Origin: Phoronis australis | Lineage: Eukaryota > Animalia > Phoronida | DNA: 64,000 nucleotides | Reading direction: 5' to 3' | Assembly: GCA_002633005.1 (NCBI GenBank) | Contig: NMRA01000677.1 | Span: 62,001 to 126,000 of the forward strand | Shown: positions 28,401 through 38,700 of the stretch, in pieces | Numbering within the stretch: the first letter of the stretch is position 1 | Layout of the letters: the number at the start of each line of letters is the position of its first letter | Made by a program: the position numbers and the translations under genes | Notes under the pieces: model-generated | What the model was told of the DNA's origin: nothing | Databases searched by the model: none | The model's input: the letters and a program-made list of their open reading frames with translations, nothing else

Positions 28401-31400
28401 CGAAGACTGTCATCATAGCTGTGTGTAGCGCTGTGGCGTACTTGGCTCTGGTCGTCAGTCTGACGATATGCTGTAGTATACGCGTTGCGCGTAGAAAGAA
28501 GAGGAAGGCCGCGGAAGGTGCGTAGTTGGTGCGCCAAAAGTCGCACACACAAAATCCCCGACTTCTATTTAAGCCACTGTCACTGAGTTAACATTAGAAG
28601 CAATAATCTGCCCCAGAATTGATTTTGAAATGAGATAGTCTGAGATGCATTTTAAGCCTTTCTGAGAGGTTTATAGTTATATGTAATAAATATTTGTGAT
28701 GAAGAATTCAATGCAGGAGTTTTTATCAGCTAGGCGGAAGGATTTTATAAATTTTCTTTAATGCAGGAGGTTGCTGACATCGGGAGAGTTAGAGTCTTTG
28801 CATTTGGTCCATGGTGTTAAGCGTATGGTAACTCACTGTATTAAAAATAAACAAAGAACAAAACTGCTTGAGCCCAAGACATGATCAAAACAACAGCAAA
28901 GGTGGCATTGTGTGTGGCTTTAAATTAGGGAAACAATACATTTTTGGTATGATTTTGAGCTCAGATACATATTACTGGTTACCTTAACTACTATTTTAAT
29001 GTGGTTCAGAGTGAAGAGTCTTCATGTTTAGAATGCAGTAGCTGGAAAATGGAATTAAATTTTGTCAAAATTCTCGTAAGATTAACTTGGTTTGTACTGT
29101 GCGGAAGTCTTCAAAGAAAAGTTGGTAAAATTTTGAGCATTTAGTGAGCCCTTTAAAACAGAGACAAATGTCATTTTTATAACATTTTTCTATCAGATTT
29201 CTATATGTGAGCACCACTGTGTGTATTGTGATTTACAAACTTTTGATAAAAATTTGATAATGAAGTGTGAAGTGTAAGTAAAATAAAAATAGATTGAAGT
29301 AAAAATAGATTGTACATTTCCAACGCTAAAGTAAAAAAGGCTTTGCATTTTAGAAGGAAAAAAGGCCCCCAATGGCCAGGTGCCCGAGTCCCAGGGACTG
29401 TTAAAGGTGAAGAATGGTGAGGTAAAGCAGAATAACCATATGAAGGAAGAGGTTCGCTCTAATGTCTCGTCCAATCCCAGTCAGTCGACGCACAGTTCGA
29501 GGCGACGAGAGAGCTACAATAGTCTCAACTTCCCGAGACACGACCTGCAGACGGTGGCCAAACTGGGTGAGTTAAGAGACACTGGTGATGTCGCAGTCAC
29601 GTGCTCATATTAAAATTTGGCTAAACCTTGAGAATTTCGCTCAATAAAATTTAGTCTTGATAGATCCAGTTGTTGGAGGAAGCTGACGGAAGATGAATCT
29701 TTTTCCTGTCTCACTTAATTACTTAGACAATTGTTGAGGATTTAAAATCTTACTAACCAACAAATGATTAGTGTTGTCCTAGACTTTGCATTTGTTTTCT
29801 GGTAACTCAGTCATATGTGATAAGTTCCCATTGCCCAAAAATTGGATTAACTCATTGTTTGGGCTACAGTGAACACAGACCATACTTGCCTATTGGTTTC
29901 CCATTATATCTATGCAGCAGGTGATCTACGATTTAACTCACAGTGGCTTACTCAACCAGCTGTGCCGTTATGTTATGTTGGGGTGACTTTTTTGTCTTTT
30001 GAGGCGCTTCAATCCTTCTGCTGCAGTACAAGACAAAAGTAATCGAACAAAATACTATTTCTGTTAACTTGTAACTGTTATGGCTGCAAGATTTTTAGTT
30101 TCAGAATGTCTAACTTTTCTGCTAATTCCACTTTAATTCTCGTAATGACTACTTAGATGATGAACTCGCCCTTCACCCTGCTGTGATGACGGAGAGTTCT
30201 GTGTCATTCTTTTACTCTTGGTTCCAAGTATTTGATATTTCAATAACACAGTATCTGCCGATCGAAAAACAGTCACATTTCCTGCATTTTTGGAGAAATC
30301 AAAATTGAAACCATTCATGTGATGGACGCAAATTTGCAGTTCGTGCACTGCACGGCCATCAGTTGTACTTAGTGGTAGGAACTCCTTCCAATACCCTCCA
30401 TTGCTGGTCACTAGAAACACATGTATGTCCCCTGATTTCATTTCTTTGTTGATGCTATTTTTAGTTGGTCACACATTTTCCAGACAGGTGCCCATTAGCA
30501 TGGTTTTATCCATTGAAGGAACATTTTTAAGCTTGCAAATATTTTTCTACGAATCATAATTAAACATACTTCTTTTCAAATCCTCAGGTAAGGGAATGTT
30601 TGGTGATGTTTTCCTGGCCAAAGCAAAAGGTATACGCGACGAGGAAGCAGAGACTCTTGTCGTGGTCAAGTCATTGGTCAGCAAAGATGACAGTCATCAT
30701 TTTGACTTTCGCCATGAGATGGACATGTACGGCAAATTGAACCATGAGAATCTAGTTGCGCTGATGGGTGTGTGTCGGGAGGCGGAGCCAATTTACATCA
30801 TCCTGGAATACCTCGATTGGGTGAGTGGTTTTTCGTTTTGGGACTAGTGGTTTAACAGTATCTGTGACAGGTGTAGGTTTGAAGAAATTTGACACAACGC
30901 CTTTAGAGGCCGATTTTTGTTAGTGTCAAATTAACGTCATATAGGACCTTACTGACCAATCTGTATTTAGCCAGATATCTAGCCAAATATCTGAGGGCTG
31001 TTCAGTAAAATCCATGTGGGAGGGGGGGGACGGCAGTAGAAATAAAAATTCATGGGTGGTGGTCTTCAGAAAAAACTCAAATTATGGGTGGTTGTTCAAG
31101 TAAGAAGTGATGCATTAAAAATGGGTGGTATTTTTTGGCCTGTTAATGTTGACAGGTTGGTTACTTCATCCTCAAAACTCAAAAAATGCAATTGGCATAT
31201 ATCCTAACTTATCCAAGTACAATAAAGCCCATATTGCCAGTGAACAGAGTGCAATATGTTCACTAAGCCATTAATCAAGTCATGGGCAACTTGACTTGAG
31301 CCAACAGTTTGTCTGCAGTCCTATTGAATTGAAAAGTTATGCAACACTAAACTGGTGTTAACACATATAAGAAAATTGATGATTTTTAAATAAAAAGTAT

Positions 31401-33121
31401 GAGGAGTAAGTAAACAAGTTCCAATATTCACTTGACATAGAAGTATAAAATAGTTCGTGGAGACAGTTTGAGATTCATAGATCCTTATAATTGAAAAAAT
31501 GCTCATTGAAATTATAGACACATGGTGGCTGCCAAAAGTATTGCTCACAGGCTACTTTAGTTTTGACAATATTGGACAAGACAACTAGTTCTTGTCTGTC
31601 AATCATCTAAGTTCTTAACAGGTCCTCCTGGAGGCAATTTGTTTGCAAGTGTTGGATTTTATATTTTAACCTATTAAAAATAATTAAAAAATTATGGGTC
31701 ATGGGTTGGAGAAATAAATGAAAAATATGGGCGGTGGGTACGAAATAAAAGTGCCTTCCCCCCTCCCATACAGATTTTGCTGGAACAGCCCTGATAAGCT
31801 TTGATTTTAACTCAGTTATATATTTTCTGAAAGTAAAAAACTGTAGAATTTGAATTTTGACTTTTTACCAACCTGCCAGTAATAGTGTCACATGACCATG
31901 TCTTTTAAGTAACATGTAGCAAAAACGAAAGGTATTTTTGTAGTAAAACAACAGTATTAATAACAAGATAAATTTTTATATGATGTAAATCCCCAAGATG
32001 AGATCTCAAAACTGCTGCTACAATTTTCTAAAATATTTCGTTTTCGTTTTGTTGAAACTTAATTTTTTATGAAGTCATAAAAGTCCTATCATTTGCCCCT
32101 CACGCAAAAGTGAAGCATTTTAAAATCAGTTCTTAACAGCGATATGATGTTGCGAACCCAAATTTGGAATTTATCGAGACCCTATCTAACCTTACTGTCC
32201 CAAAGTTGGCAACAGTTTGTCATTAACCCGTGATAGTTAATTTTAAGAAATTTTAGTCGCATGAAATGTGTTCAGCTAACATAATGGCACTCTCAGTTCA
32301 GTTTAACTTTTGTTAAACAATTTGTATTTACACGAAGCTCAAGTAGGAATGTAATCGGGGTATTTAGCAGCAAATATTCTTAAGGTCTTGTGTCCTGTTA
32401 ACACTGAACACCCCTGATTGAGTCTCTGATAACGATTGGCGAGTGAAGATTTTCAACCGAAGAATACTGTTTTGTTATTTTTGTTAGTGTGTCAGTTGAT
32501 TTTTGATTGAAGATTTTGTGAAAATTTGATGAAATCTTATTTCAGGGAGATCTGAAACAATTTCTTGTGGCAACCAGAAAGGACAATGGTCGACATGTCA
32601 AAGTGTCGGCACTGACGTTAGCTCAGAAGGTCACATTGTGCAATCAAATAGCTCTCGGTATGGAGCATCTATCAAACAATCGCTTCGTCCACAGGGACCT
32701 AGCAGCAAGAAACATCATGCTGTCCTCGTCATTCAATGTCAAAGTCACCAGTCTCGGACTAAGCAAGGACATCTACGCTGCGGAGTACTACACTCATCAT
32801 AATATCGCTATACCGCTTCGGTGGATGCCTGCGGAGTCTATCTTCGAGGATGAGTATTCAACCAAAAGCGACGTCTGGGCGTACGGTATTTTCCTCTGGG
32901 AGGTGCTGACAGGCGGGGATCTTCCGTACAAGTCCCGTAGCAATGAAGAGGTGTTAGAAGGGATCAAATCCGGTGACCTACGACCCGAACTGTTGCCCAC
33001 CTGGCCAGAGCATTTGCAATCACTCATGGTGCGGTGTTGGAGTGAGAGTCCTAAGGATCGGCCATCATTTAGTCAGATAGCAGTGGACATTGGTCAAATA
33101 CAGGTGGACAGTGATGTCTGA
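4292..33121 (+). CDS. PTK7: PTK7 / CCK4 / off-track-like receptor tyrosine pseudokinase (5'-partial, 16 exons in window, ~986 codons visible)
   Basis: Exons 4292-4424, 6295-6443, 12304-12451, 14062-14192, 21222-21351, 22531-22697, 23172-23317, 24481-24631, 25074-25219, 26052-26175, 26660-26811, 27605-27725, 28278-28517, 29354-29566, 30588-30820, 32546-33121 are all GT-AG and phase-consistent. They encode six Ig domains (C..W..DxGxYxC), a TM helix (TVIIAVCSAVAYLALVVSLTICC), FPRHDL, and a kinase-like domain with HRDLAARN, SLG in place of DFG, and PLRWM..E / KSDVW. Confidence 0.96.
4904..5097. mobile_element. Tc1/mariner (pogo-like) MITE
   Basis: TA|cagtaaaaagtcctcaatttgggaca ... tgtctgaaattgaataatttttacgg|TA imperfect TIRs; related ends near 4532-4600 and 10803-11169. 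Confidence 0.6.
6295..6443 (+). CDS. PTK7: PTK7 exon, Ig C-half (IFPSSKFRLSQDRLRILKATSSDNGVYSCLARNPAG...)
   Basis: ttttag acceptor, gtgggt donor; DxGxYxC motif; phase 2 in, phase 1 out. Confidence 0.92.
6489..6992. other. Assembly gap (504 N) in a PTK7 intron
   Basis: Run of N. Confidence 0.99.
8094..8272 (-). mobile_element. tRNA-derived SINE, copy 1
   Basis: Reverse complement has A-box (gtggcctaag) and B-box (ggttcgagtc); body gacccttgagtcaggtctatagctcctcagctcgg and tail ccagaccgcctgcaattatt are shared with the 35.2-kb and 59.4-kb copies. Confidence 0.8.
12087..12272 (+). repeat. 31-bp tandem repeat x~6 (tataaataggattgttcatgttcagtagcaa)
   Basis: Units start at 12087, 12118, 12149, 12180, 12211, 12242. 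Confidence 0.97.
12304..12451 (+). CDS. PTK7: PTK7 exon, Ig N-half (SNAAYLLQDTFKDIYILKRNSPAMLNCKF...DWYFGDEKLSN)
   Basis: ttccag acceptor, gtaagt donor; open frame with Ig Cys/Trp; phases match neighbours; not in the ORF track. Confidence 0.88.
14062..14192 (+). CDS. PTK7: PTK7 exon, Ig C-half (TTLYPNGSLALSSVKPRDAGTYKC...)
   Basis: ttctag acceptor, gtaagt donor; NGSL and DxGxYxC motifs. Confidence 0.93.
14836..14909 (-). pseudogene. Degenerate tRNA-like / SINE head
   Basis: Reverse complement gggatttggctcagccgtagagca...ggtttgattcc...ttttt has A- and B-box-like motifs and a T-run, but the acceptor stem does not pair. Confidence 0.45.
17170..17430 (+). repeat. Dispersed AT-rich repeat family, copy 1 (ggtcacgtgaccatgtcttt core)
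   Basis: Aligns by eye with 24060-24330 and 31822-32135. Confidence 0.7.
19203..19398. mobile_element. Palindromic MITE, ~195 bp
   Basis: ~65-bp inverted arms: tattcacgcagttgccatttta...gagcctcgttttaggttttaaaaac vs gttttttaaacctaaaaagaggctc...taaaatggcaactacgtgaata. Confidence 0.8.
21222..21351 (+). CDS. PTK7: PTK7 exon, Ig N-half (LQDLTADSFEPRL...FEISCYPPGGVPAPTQR)
   Basis: tttag acceptor, gtatgc donor; C..P.G.P.P motif. Confidence 0.9.
22531..22697 (+). CDS. PTK7: PTK7 exon, Ig C-half (WEGPTG...DDSGKYTCVASNLAG...)
   Basis: accag acceptor, gtaaga donor; DSGxYTC motif. Confidence 0.93.
23172..23317 (+). CDS. PTK7: PTK7 exon, Ig N-half (SPVIVREPSDKIVEEDGVAEFEC...IVWLKG)
   Basis: catag acceptor, gtaagt donor. 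Confidence 0.93.
24060..24330 (+). repeat. Dispersed repeat family, copy 2
   Basis: ggtcacgtgaccatgtcttt...agtaaaatttagcaaaaa...aaggtat. Confidence 0.7.
24481..24631 (+). CDS. PTK7: PTK7 exon, Ig C-half (...LTIRTVRTSDEGRYSC...ARLTVR)
   Basis: tgtag acceptor, gtaagt donor; DEGxYxC motif. Confidence 0.93.
25074..25219 (+). CDS. PTK7: PTK7 exon, Ig N-half (KLKFVPKPVDTDLDL...HCVAEGATTPKVKW)
   Basis: tgcag acceptor, gtaagc donor; KLKFxPxP typical of PTK7 Ig6. Confidence 0.94.
25574..25785. mobile_element. Truncated hAT-like MITE, same family as 62041-62296
   Basis: cagggctcggaattttcctct matches the reverse complement of the 62296 end; repeated ttcctct subterminal motifs. Confidence 0.55.
26052..26175 (+). 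CDS. PTK7: PTK7 exon, Ig C-half (DVSGKLTFDPVKKSQAGQYTCVA...INITIRVTVG)
   Basis: tttag acceptor, gtaagt donor. Confidence 0.92.
26660..26811 (+). CDS. PTK7: PTK7 exon, Ig N-half (KPRIQVKPVNTVAYEGHPAILNCVATGDPKPRVNW)
   Basis: ttcag acceptor, gtatgt donor; CxAxGDPKP motif. Confidence 0.94.
27605..27725 (+). CDS. PTK7: PTK7 exon, Ig C-half (IFPNGSLYFSEVHKSDIGVYGCIAGNRGG)
   Basis: tgcag acceptor, gtaagc donor. Confidence 0.94.
28278..28517 (+). CDS. PTK7: PTK7 exon, stalk plus transmembrane helix plus basic stop-transfer (RRKKRK)
   Basis: cacag acceptor (an alternative in-frame acceptor gives a start at 28308), gtgcgt donor; hydrophobic helix. Confidence 0.88.
29354..29566 (+). CDS. PTK7: PTK7 exon, juxtamembrane (...SYNSLNFPRHDLQTVAKL)
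   Basis: tttag acceptor, gtgagt donor. Confidence 0.92.
30588..30820 (+). CDS. PTK7: PTK7 exon, kinase N-lobe (GKGMFGDVFLAKAKG...VVVKSL...FRHEMDM...LEYLDW)
   Basis: cctcag acceptor, gtgagt donor. Confidence 0.96.
30995..31791. mobile_element. PIF/Harbinger-type MITE (797 bp)
   Basis: TGA|gggctgttcagtaaaatc ... gattttgctggaacagccc|TGA: TIRs with a 3-bp TGA target duplication; subterminal atgggtggt repeats. Confidence 0.8.
31822..32135 (+). repeat. Dispersed repeat family, copy 3
   Basis: gtcacatgaccatgtcttttaagtaa...gatgtaaatccccaagatgagatctcaaaa. Confidence 0.7.
32546..33121 (+). CDS. PTK7: PTK7 last coding exon, kinase C-lobe (GDLKQFL...HRDLAARN...SLG...DSDV*)
   Basis: ttcag acceptor; stop TGA at 33119-33121. 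Confidence 0.97.
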   Translation, partial: GDLKQFLVATRKDNGRHVKVSALTLAQKVTLCNQIALGMEHLSNNRFVHRDLAARNIMLSSSFNVKVTSLGLSKDIYAAEYYTHHNIAIPLRWMPAESIFEDEYSTKSDVWAYGIFLWEVLTGGDLPYKSRSNEEVLEGIKSGDLRPELLPTWPEHLQSLMVRCWSESPKDRPSFSQIAVDIGQIQVDSDV

Positions 33122-35129
33122 GATGTAGTAGTAGTCGTAGCGCGTCGCATTGTAACTCGTTATTAGTGCAAAAACTTGAACAGGGTACTATTCTACACGG
33201 TGCTGCTTGTAACAGAAACATACTCTGTAGTGATGAAGTAAGAAGTGGTTTTGATTACATTGGTGGTATAGGTAGGATACGAATCATGTGCTGAAGCTAG
33301 GGATCAAATTTCGCATGAAATTTGGATGCTAGATAACACTATTGGAAACTAGAAATTAGTCTACATGTAGCTTAGACAGTTTCATGAAATTGGACTAAGG
33401 CTAAAATTCAAAAAAATCTGTCCGCAACTCCAAGACAAAAGACAGAAATCTGTGGCCTACTCAGCAGCAGACTAAAGCCAAAGCCTAAACCAAAAAATCA
33501 ACTTTTGTCTATAGACTCTTGGAGAAACGGGCCTGGTGTATGATGCTTGACACAACACCTTAAACTTGTTTAAGCCGGTAATGTTGTGTCACATGCAATC
33601 AAAATATCCAATGGGTGGTTGAAACTGAGTGCTGAATCCAAGACCACCAAAATTTATTGAAGACTCTTAGTTCGAATAGTATCTAATGCTTTGAGTAAAT
33701 TTTCAATGTTACTTGTCATTTGTCAATGTTTGGCCGATTCTTGGGAGAAGATGAAAGGTGCCCAACAATGCACAGTGGAAACAGTCCTTGATATATTTGT
33801 GCTTTACAAGTTGTTCGCAGAACACAACTTGGTTGCAGTACAAACCTGAAATTTCTGCAGTGCAGTTTGGTATGCAAAATTGCATTTAGTGTTCTGCATC
33901 CGCGCGTATTTAGGCCTTTGTGTTTATTTGTGAAGTTAAACCTCTATTCCGATTTAGGTACATGTGCCTATGTGTGAAACAATTTCTAAAATATCTTAGA
34001 GCAACTAGACTTACTTGTTGCAAAATAGTTGACATTGACTTGTGTTCAATTTAACAATAAAAAGTGTTAGGAATGGACAAAAAATGCAACATAACGCCAC
34101 TTTGTGACTTTCAAGTATTTATTCATTGTGTTTCATTTTGTCCCAATTTAGATTGAATATTTTGGGCAAGGATTCGTACCATTATCAGCTGGCGATAATG
34201 CTCCTTGTAAAAGCGAGAAAAAAAAATCGAGTCTTGGCCATTTTAATTGTCAGAGAAAAATTTAATGCCAAACCATTGAGTGTGAATTTTTATTGTTGTT
34301 TTTTTAAGTTCTTGTCTGATGAATTAATTCGAAATCATAAAATTTCATGTTAGTATCCACTGCGCTAGCAGATGTTTTGTTGCGACAGCATTTAAAATCA
34401 ATTCTCTGTGGTGACCGGATTAAGCCTGCTGTCGAGGGTTCCAGTCATTGGGTTGTTATTTTGGGAATCAAGCATTATTGACATGTTTGATTTGAACAGC
34501 AGAGACTATAGATGTTGATATTGCTATGTAATTTGATTGCTATACAACTTCATATTTTATCTTTTAGTATGTGCGAATAATGCATTCAATGTTTTTATTA
34601 AAGTGAATTGCGTCTTGACATTGCAGTTGAGTGAACCAAAGGTGCTTCCTTTTTGAAATCATTTTAAAAAAGCGTGGTCAAATGGTTTATGCAAAGGCAT
34701 ATTGCATCAAGCCTCAAATATGTACGAGTAGGCAATACAATCACTTACTGGGTAACCAGTTTAATGCCCGTTACTTGGTGGAGAGAACTGGTTCTCAAAG
34801 TACAGTACCACTGCAAGTGATTATTCTGCAAGTGTGTGCATACATCAAGTCCTAGACATTAGTACCTGCATGATACTGGGTACACTGTTATCATGATCAA
34901 GTTGTGATTCATCGTAGAATGTTCAGCAATAAGCTAATGAACTCATGTGAGGTCCAGTAGGGAGTATTTATTGACTTGTGTTGCATTAAACCTTGTGACT
35001 GTTGTGTAAGTAAATTGGATTCATACACTAGTGTTTGTAGACATTTTATAACATTTTATTTGTACATTTTTGTAAATAATTCTTATTATGTACAAGCTAT
35101 GGTTACTTTTGTAGTAAACTTGTTGTATC

Positions 35130-35135
35130 AATAAA
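35130..35135 (+). terminator. Candidate PTK7 poly(A) signal AATAAA
   Basis: Follows a U-rich, TGTA-rich 3' UTR; a more proximal AATAAA lies at 34056-34061. Confidence 0.5.
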
Positions 35136-35179
35136 TTATTAGTAAAAGTGACCTTTTTCATCTAGATTCATTCAAAAAC

Positions 35180-35185
35180 TTTATT
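35180..35185 (-). terminator. Candidate POLR1C poly(A) signal AATAAA
   Basis: First canonical hexamer found on the minus strand downstream of the POLR1C stop. Confidence 0.4.
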
Positions 35186-35227
35186 TACCTTTTGAACATG
35201 TTATATTAGATAGACCGAGTTGGGTCA

Positions 35228-35458
35228 AGGAGGCAGTGTGGCCTAGTGCGACAAGTGTCCACATCCTTTACTCAAGGTCATGGATTCGAGTCCCACTGGG
35301 GCACAGTGCTGGACCCTAGAGTCAGGTCTATATCTCCTCAGCTCGGTTTCAACTATGTATTAAAACATAAAAATGGTAACAGGCAATCAGTGCAATGGGC
35401 CCACATGCGTGGAATTCGTACGACTGGTACAATGTGTACCAGACCACCTGCAATTACT
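35228..35458 (+). mobile_element. tRNA-derived SINE, copy 2
   Basis: A-box tggcctagtgcg, B-box gattcgagtcc, conserved body and tail ccagaccacctgcaattact. Confidence 0.82.
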
Positions 35459-35660
35459 TTTTGTATTATAAGGCTGGGTTGTGTTTCTGAATTGAAGACT
35501 TGACAGGAAAGGACTCCGTGTTGACCTTAATAAGAATACGTAATAATAACCAGTTATTTTACACATTACTAATCCGCGTGATACAAGTCGTATGCAACAG
35601 CTTCAGCAAAACATTCAGTTCTGTTCATTGCCATGCATGGTCTTCATTCAAACAGTCCAT

Positions 35661-35785
35661 TCACTGTGTCTCCATCTGTGTACTGTCTAGTTCTTGGAGT
35701 AATTTCCTACACTTCGATATCAACACCTTGATGGCTTCGTTCACTAACACAGCAGGAGGTAGGATCCCGGTCGATTCAACGGAAA
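35661..35785 (-). CDS. POLR1C: POLR1C exon 9 ([22 protein letters not shown]...METQ*)
   Basis: ttcag acceptor; TGA at 35661-35663. Confidence 0.95.
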
Positions 35786-38700
35786 CTGAAAATGGAGCAG
35801 AATTTCAATCAAACCAACGGGCATATTCAACACCAAAAAATAGCATCACGTAAGTTACTGATAAGATTCTTAGCCCGAATGTATGAAAATTAAACTTCTA
35901 GGTAAATTTAATACACCATTGATGTATACAGTGAGTGCTAATCAACGAGTCTCGAGATAGGGACAATGTGGCTTGGAGACCAAATATGTATTATGTATAA
36001 AGTCAACTGTCTCTTTCATCATCTTGAAAACGACCCCCAATAACAAGGAATGTTAATTACTCTACACAATGACATATGTCTTCAGGGTATGTACTCACAG
36101 ATGAAGTGATTCCTGACCCTGTTCAGCTTGACACAGTCCTTCAGGTCATCGTGTCGTAGCACTTCACGACTACACGTGTCCCTGCGCGGGTGCACTACTT
36201 TGGCTACCTTTTTACCTGCAAAAAGCATTCCTTCTTCATTGCCTTGCAATTGCTAGAATTTAAGTCAAATGCACAGAAAATGCCTCAGCACCAAACTAAG
36301 TATAGTGTGTGACTTGATCTATGATTTCAAATTTTTATCAATATGTGATTGACAGAAAACAAACTAAAACGTTAGTTTTCTTGGCCTCCTGTTAAATACT
36401 GAGGAGGTAGCAGAGTACAGGAATTGGGGTTGAAATTTAACCAGGAAAACTTAAAACATATTGGCAACATCTCAGTTCCTTGAGCACAATGTGAGCCAGT
36501 GAGTCTGTTTTAGTCAAAGTTTCTGCTCAGTCTGCAGGAGGCATAACACTGTTCGTAAAGAACACATGGACTGGAAATAAAACTTGTCCTACAACTAATC
36601 TTTACCTCCACTTTTTTCTATTTCTATAACGCCTGGCGAAAAACAGTTTTTTAACCTCTCAGCCTTCTCGCCTTCGACGGGTTTCGTGAGAATGATTTCT
36701 GGCAACAAACGATACGAGGCAGTAGCTGAAACGCAATAAACAAGAATTATAAACAAGATGACAAATTACATTACAATCTGTCACTGTTCACATTATGTTA
36801 GGTAACTATGTTCAAATGGTTGCATTGTCTTGTACAATCAAGAGCTTTTGCATAAAATGTTAAACGAGCAACGCGGAGCGTTGAAATGTGCCCACGAATG
36901 CATCGCAAATGGTGCGCTTTTAGGGTTATTTCTTTGTATCATAAAAATGGCCACTGGATGGTGCAAAAACGTACAATCCATCCAAAAACGGGAACATGCC
37001 ATATTTCATGAAAATCTGTCAAGGAATTTCAGAGAAACAAAGGAAAACAGAATAAAATGAAATTGCCACTAGTGGCAGGGGGATCCAAGATTTTGAGTTG
37101 GGGGGGGGGCAGGGCACAGGAATAACCAGAATTCAGCCACATGAGCGCGCCCAGCCTAAAATGCAGGGATGCAGGGGTCTCGAAATTTTGGGTTTCCGGA
37201 CCTTATTAGTTAAAAAAAAAACATAAACGAGGTTTGTTCAAGGCCTATGCATTGCGCATTCGCCTCCCGAACCCCTTGGGTGCACGCAGATGCTACTCAG
37301 CAATGCGCAACCCAAACTCAAAAAAGGTATCTGGGAGAATTTTAGGGGGCACACTGGTAGTCGGATCCGTCTGAAAGTTCGCTCATGCTGTCCCATCCAA
37401 GGGAAGAACACGTGCAAAATTTCATGAACATATGTCAAGGCGTTTTGGAGATAGAGCAGTGGATGTCGGACGGATGGAGATGATGGCATAATGCGTCCAC
37501 ATATAAATATGTGGGCGCATAAAAATTATTTAAAAGAGCACAAAACTAACATTGTCCCATACACATCGCCCTTCTTGGTAATTCGCTAACAGCAACTGAA
37601 TGTACATTTTGCATGGTTGACCAAAGCAAAACAGCGGAATTTCATTACACTTTATTGCTATGGGCAAAAATAGTGTTCAAGTTTGCAGAGCATGAGTGTG
37701 TCATGGGGAAGCCTCAGCATTTTGCCATTGCAGAAAGATTTGCTGAACTCAGATACATTCTGAGGTAGCTCTTGGTTCTTTTCACCAACCACCCTCATAC
37801 CATCTCGATGGCATTTCGCTTGATCAATTCTCTCAAATGCGAATTTAGCATCAAGTGTCCACCCATATTATTAGCAAGCGCTAAGACATGATGCTGGTCA
37901 AGAATATTGGCCAAATATTCAGGAAAAATTTTGACACTGTAGCAATCAACAAGAAATCCTCGAAAGCCAATAAAGCAGCTGCTTGCGTTTGACATCTGTA
38001 ACTACGAACAATAGGTCCAAATCCAGGTTATGGTAACATATCACAGGATTTTTAAGAAAAAGAATTCTCAAAGGCTTCTAACGTAGTTGAAATGTCTAGA
38101 ATTTCTCAAAACATTGTCTGTTTAGTGGTAAAATCTCTGACACCAATTTTAGGCAAACATAATAGCCAAAATTGCTGCACTTTTCATTTTACGAAGACCG
38201 ACAGCATTGTTTTGGATGTCAACACTTTCTCCAAACATTGTCATATGGTAGCAGTGGTGCAGACCGTAAATCAACAAAGCAGTTACCTGGTGACACATAT
38301 TTTTATAAAAAATGAAAAAATATAACTGACTCACTTGCCCGACATATTGTTTCATAACATGACCTTACGCGAGATAAGATATAAAGTGTAATTTTGTCCC
38401 TCTTTTGTTGGCATCATGCAGCCAAACTGTTTCTGCACAGTAGGAATCTACCAGAGGTTTGCAACACATCAAACCAATCGTATATTTGCAGGGCTACAGA
38501 TTGTACCTTAAGACAAACAACAAACACAGTACATACGCACCGACTGGAGAGAACTTGGCGTGGTCCTGCCCAATGCCTTTGACACAATGAACTTTTAGGT
38601 CAATCTCCTGACCTGGCCTCATTTTGGCAATGAGAATGTCGTCGTGAACTGGAGTTATGTCACCTTCTTTAAACTGGAAGGAAGTGAACAAAGACAGCAA

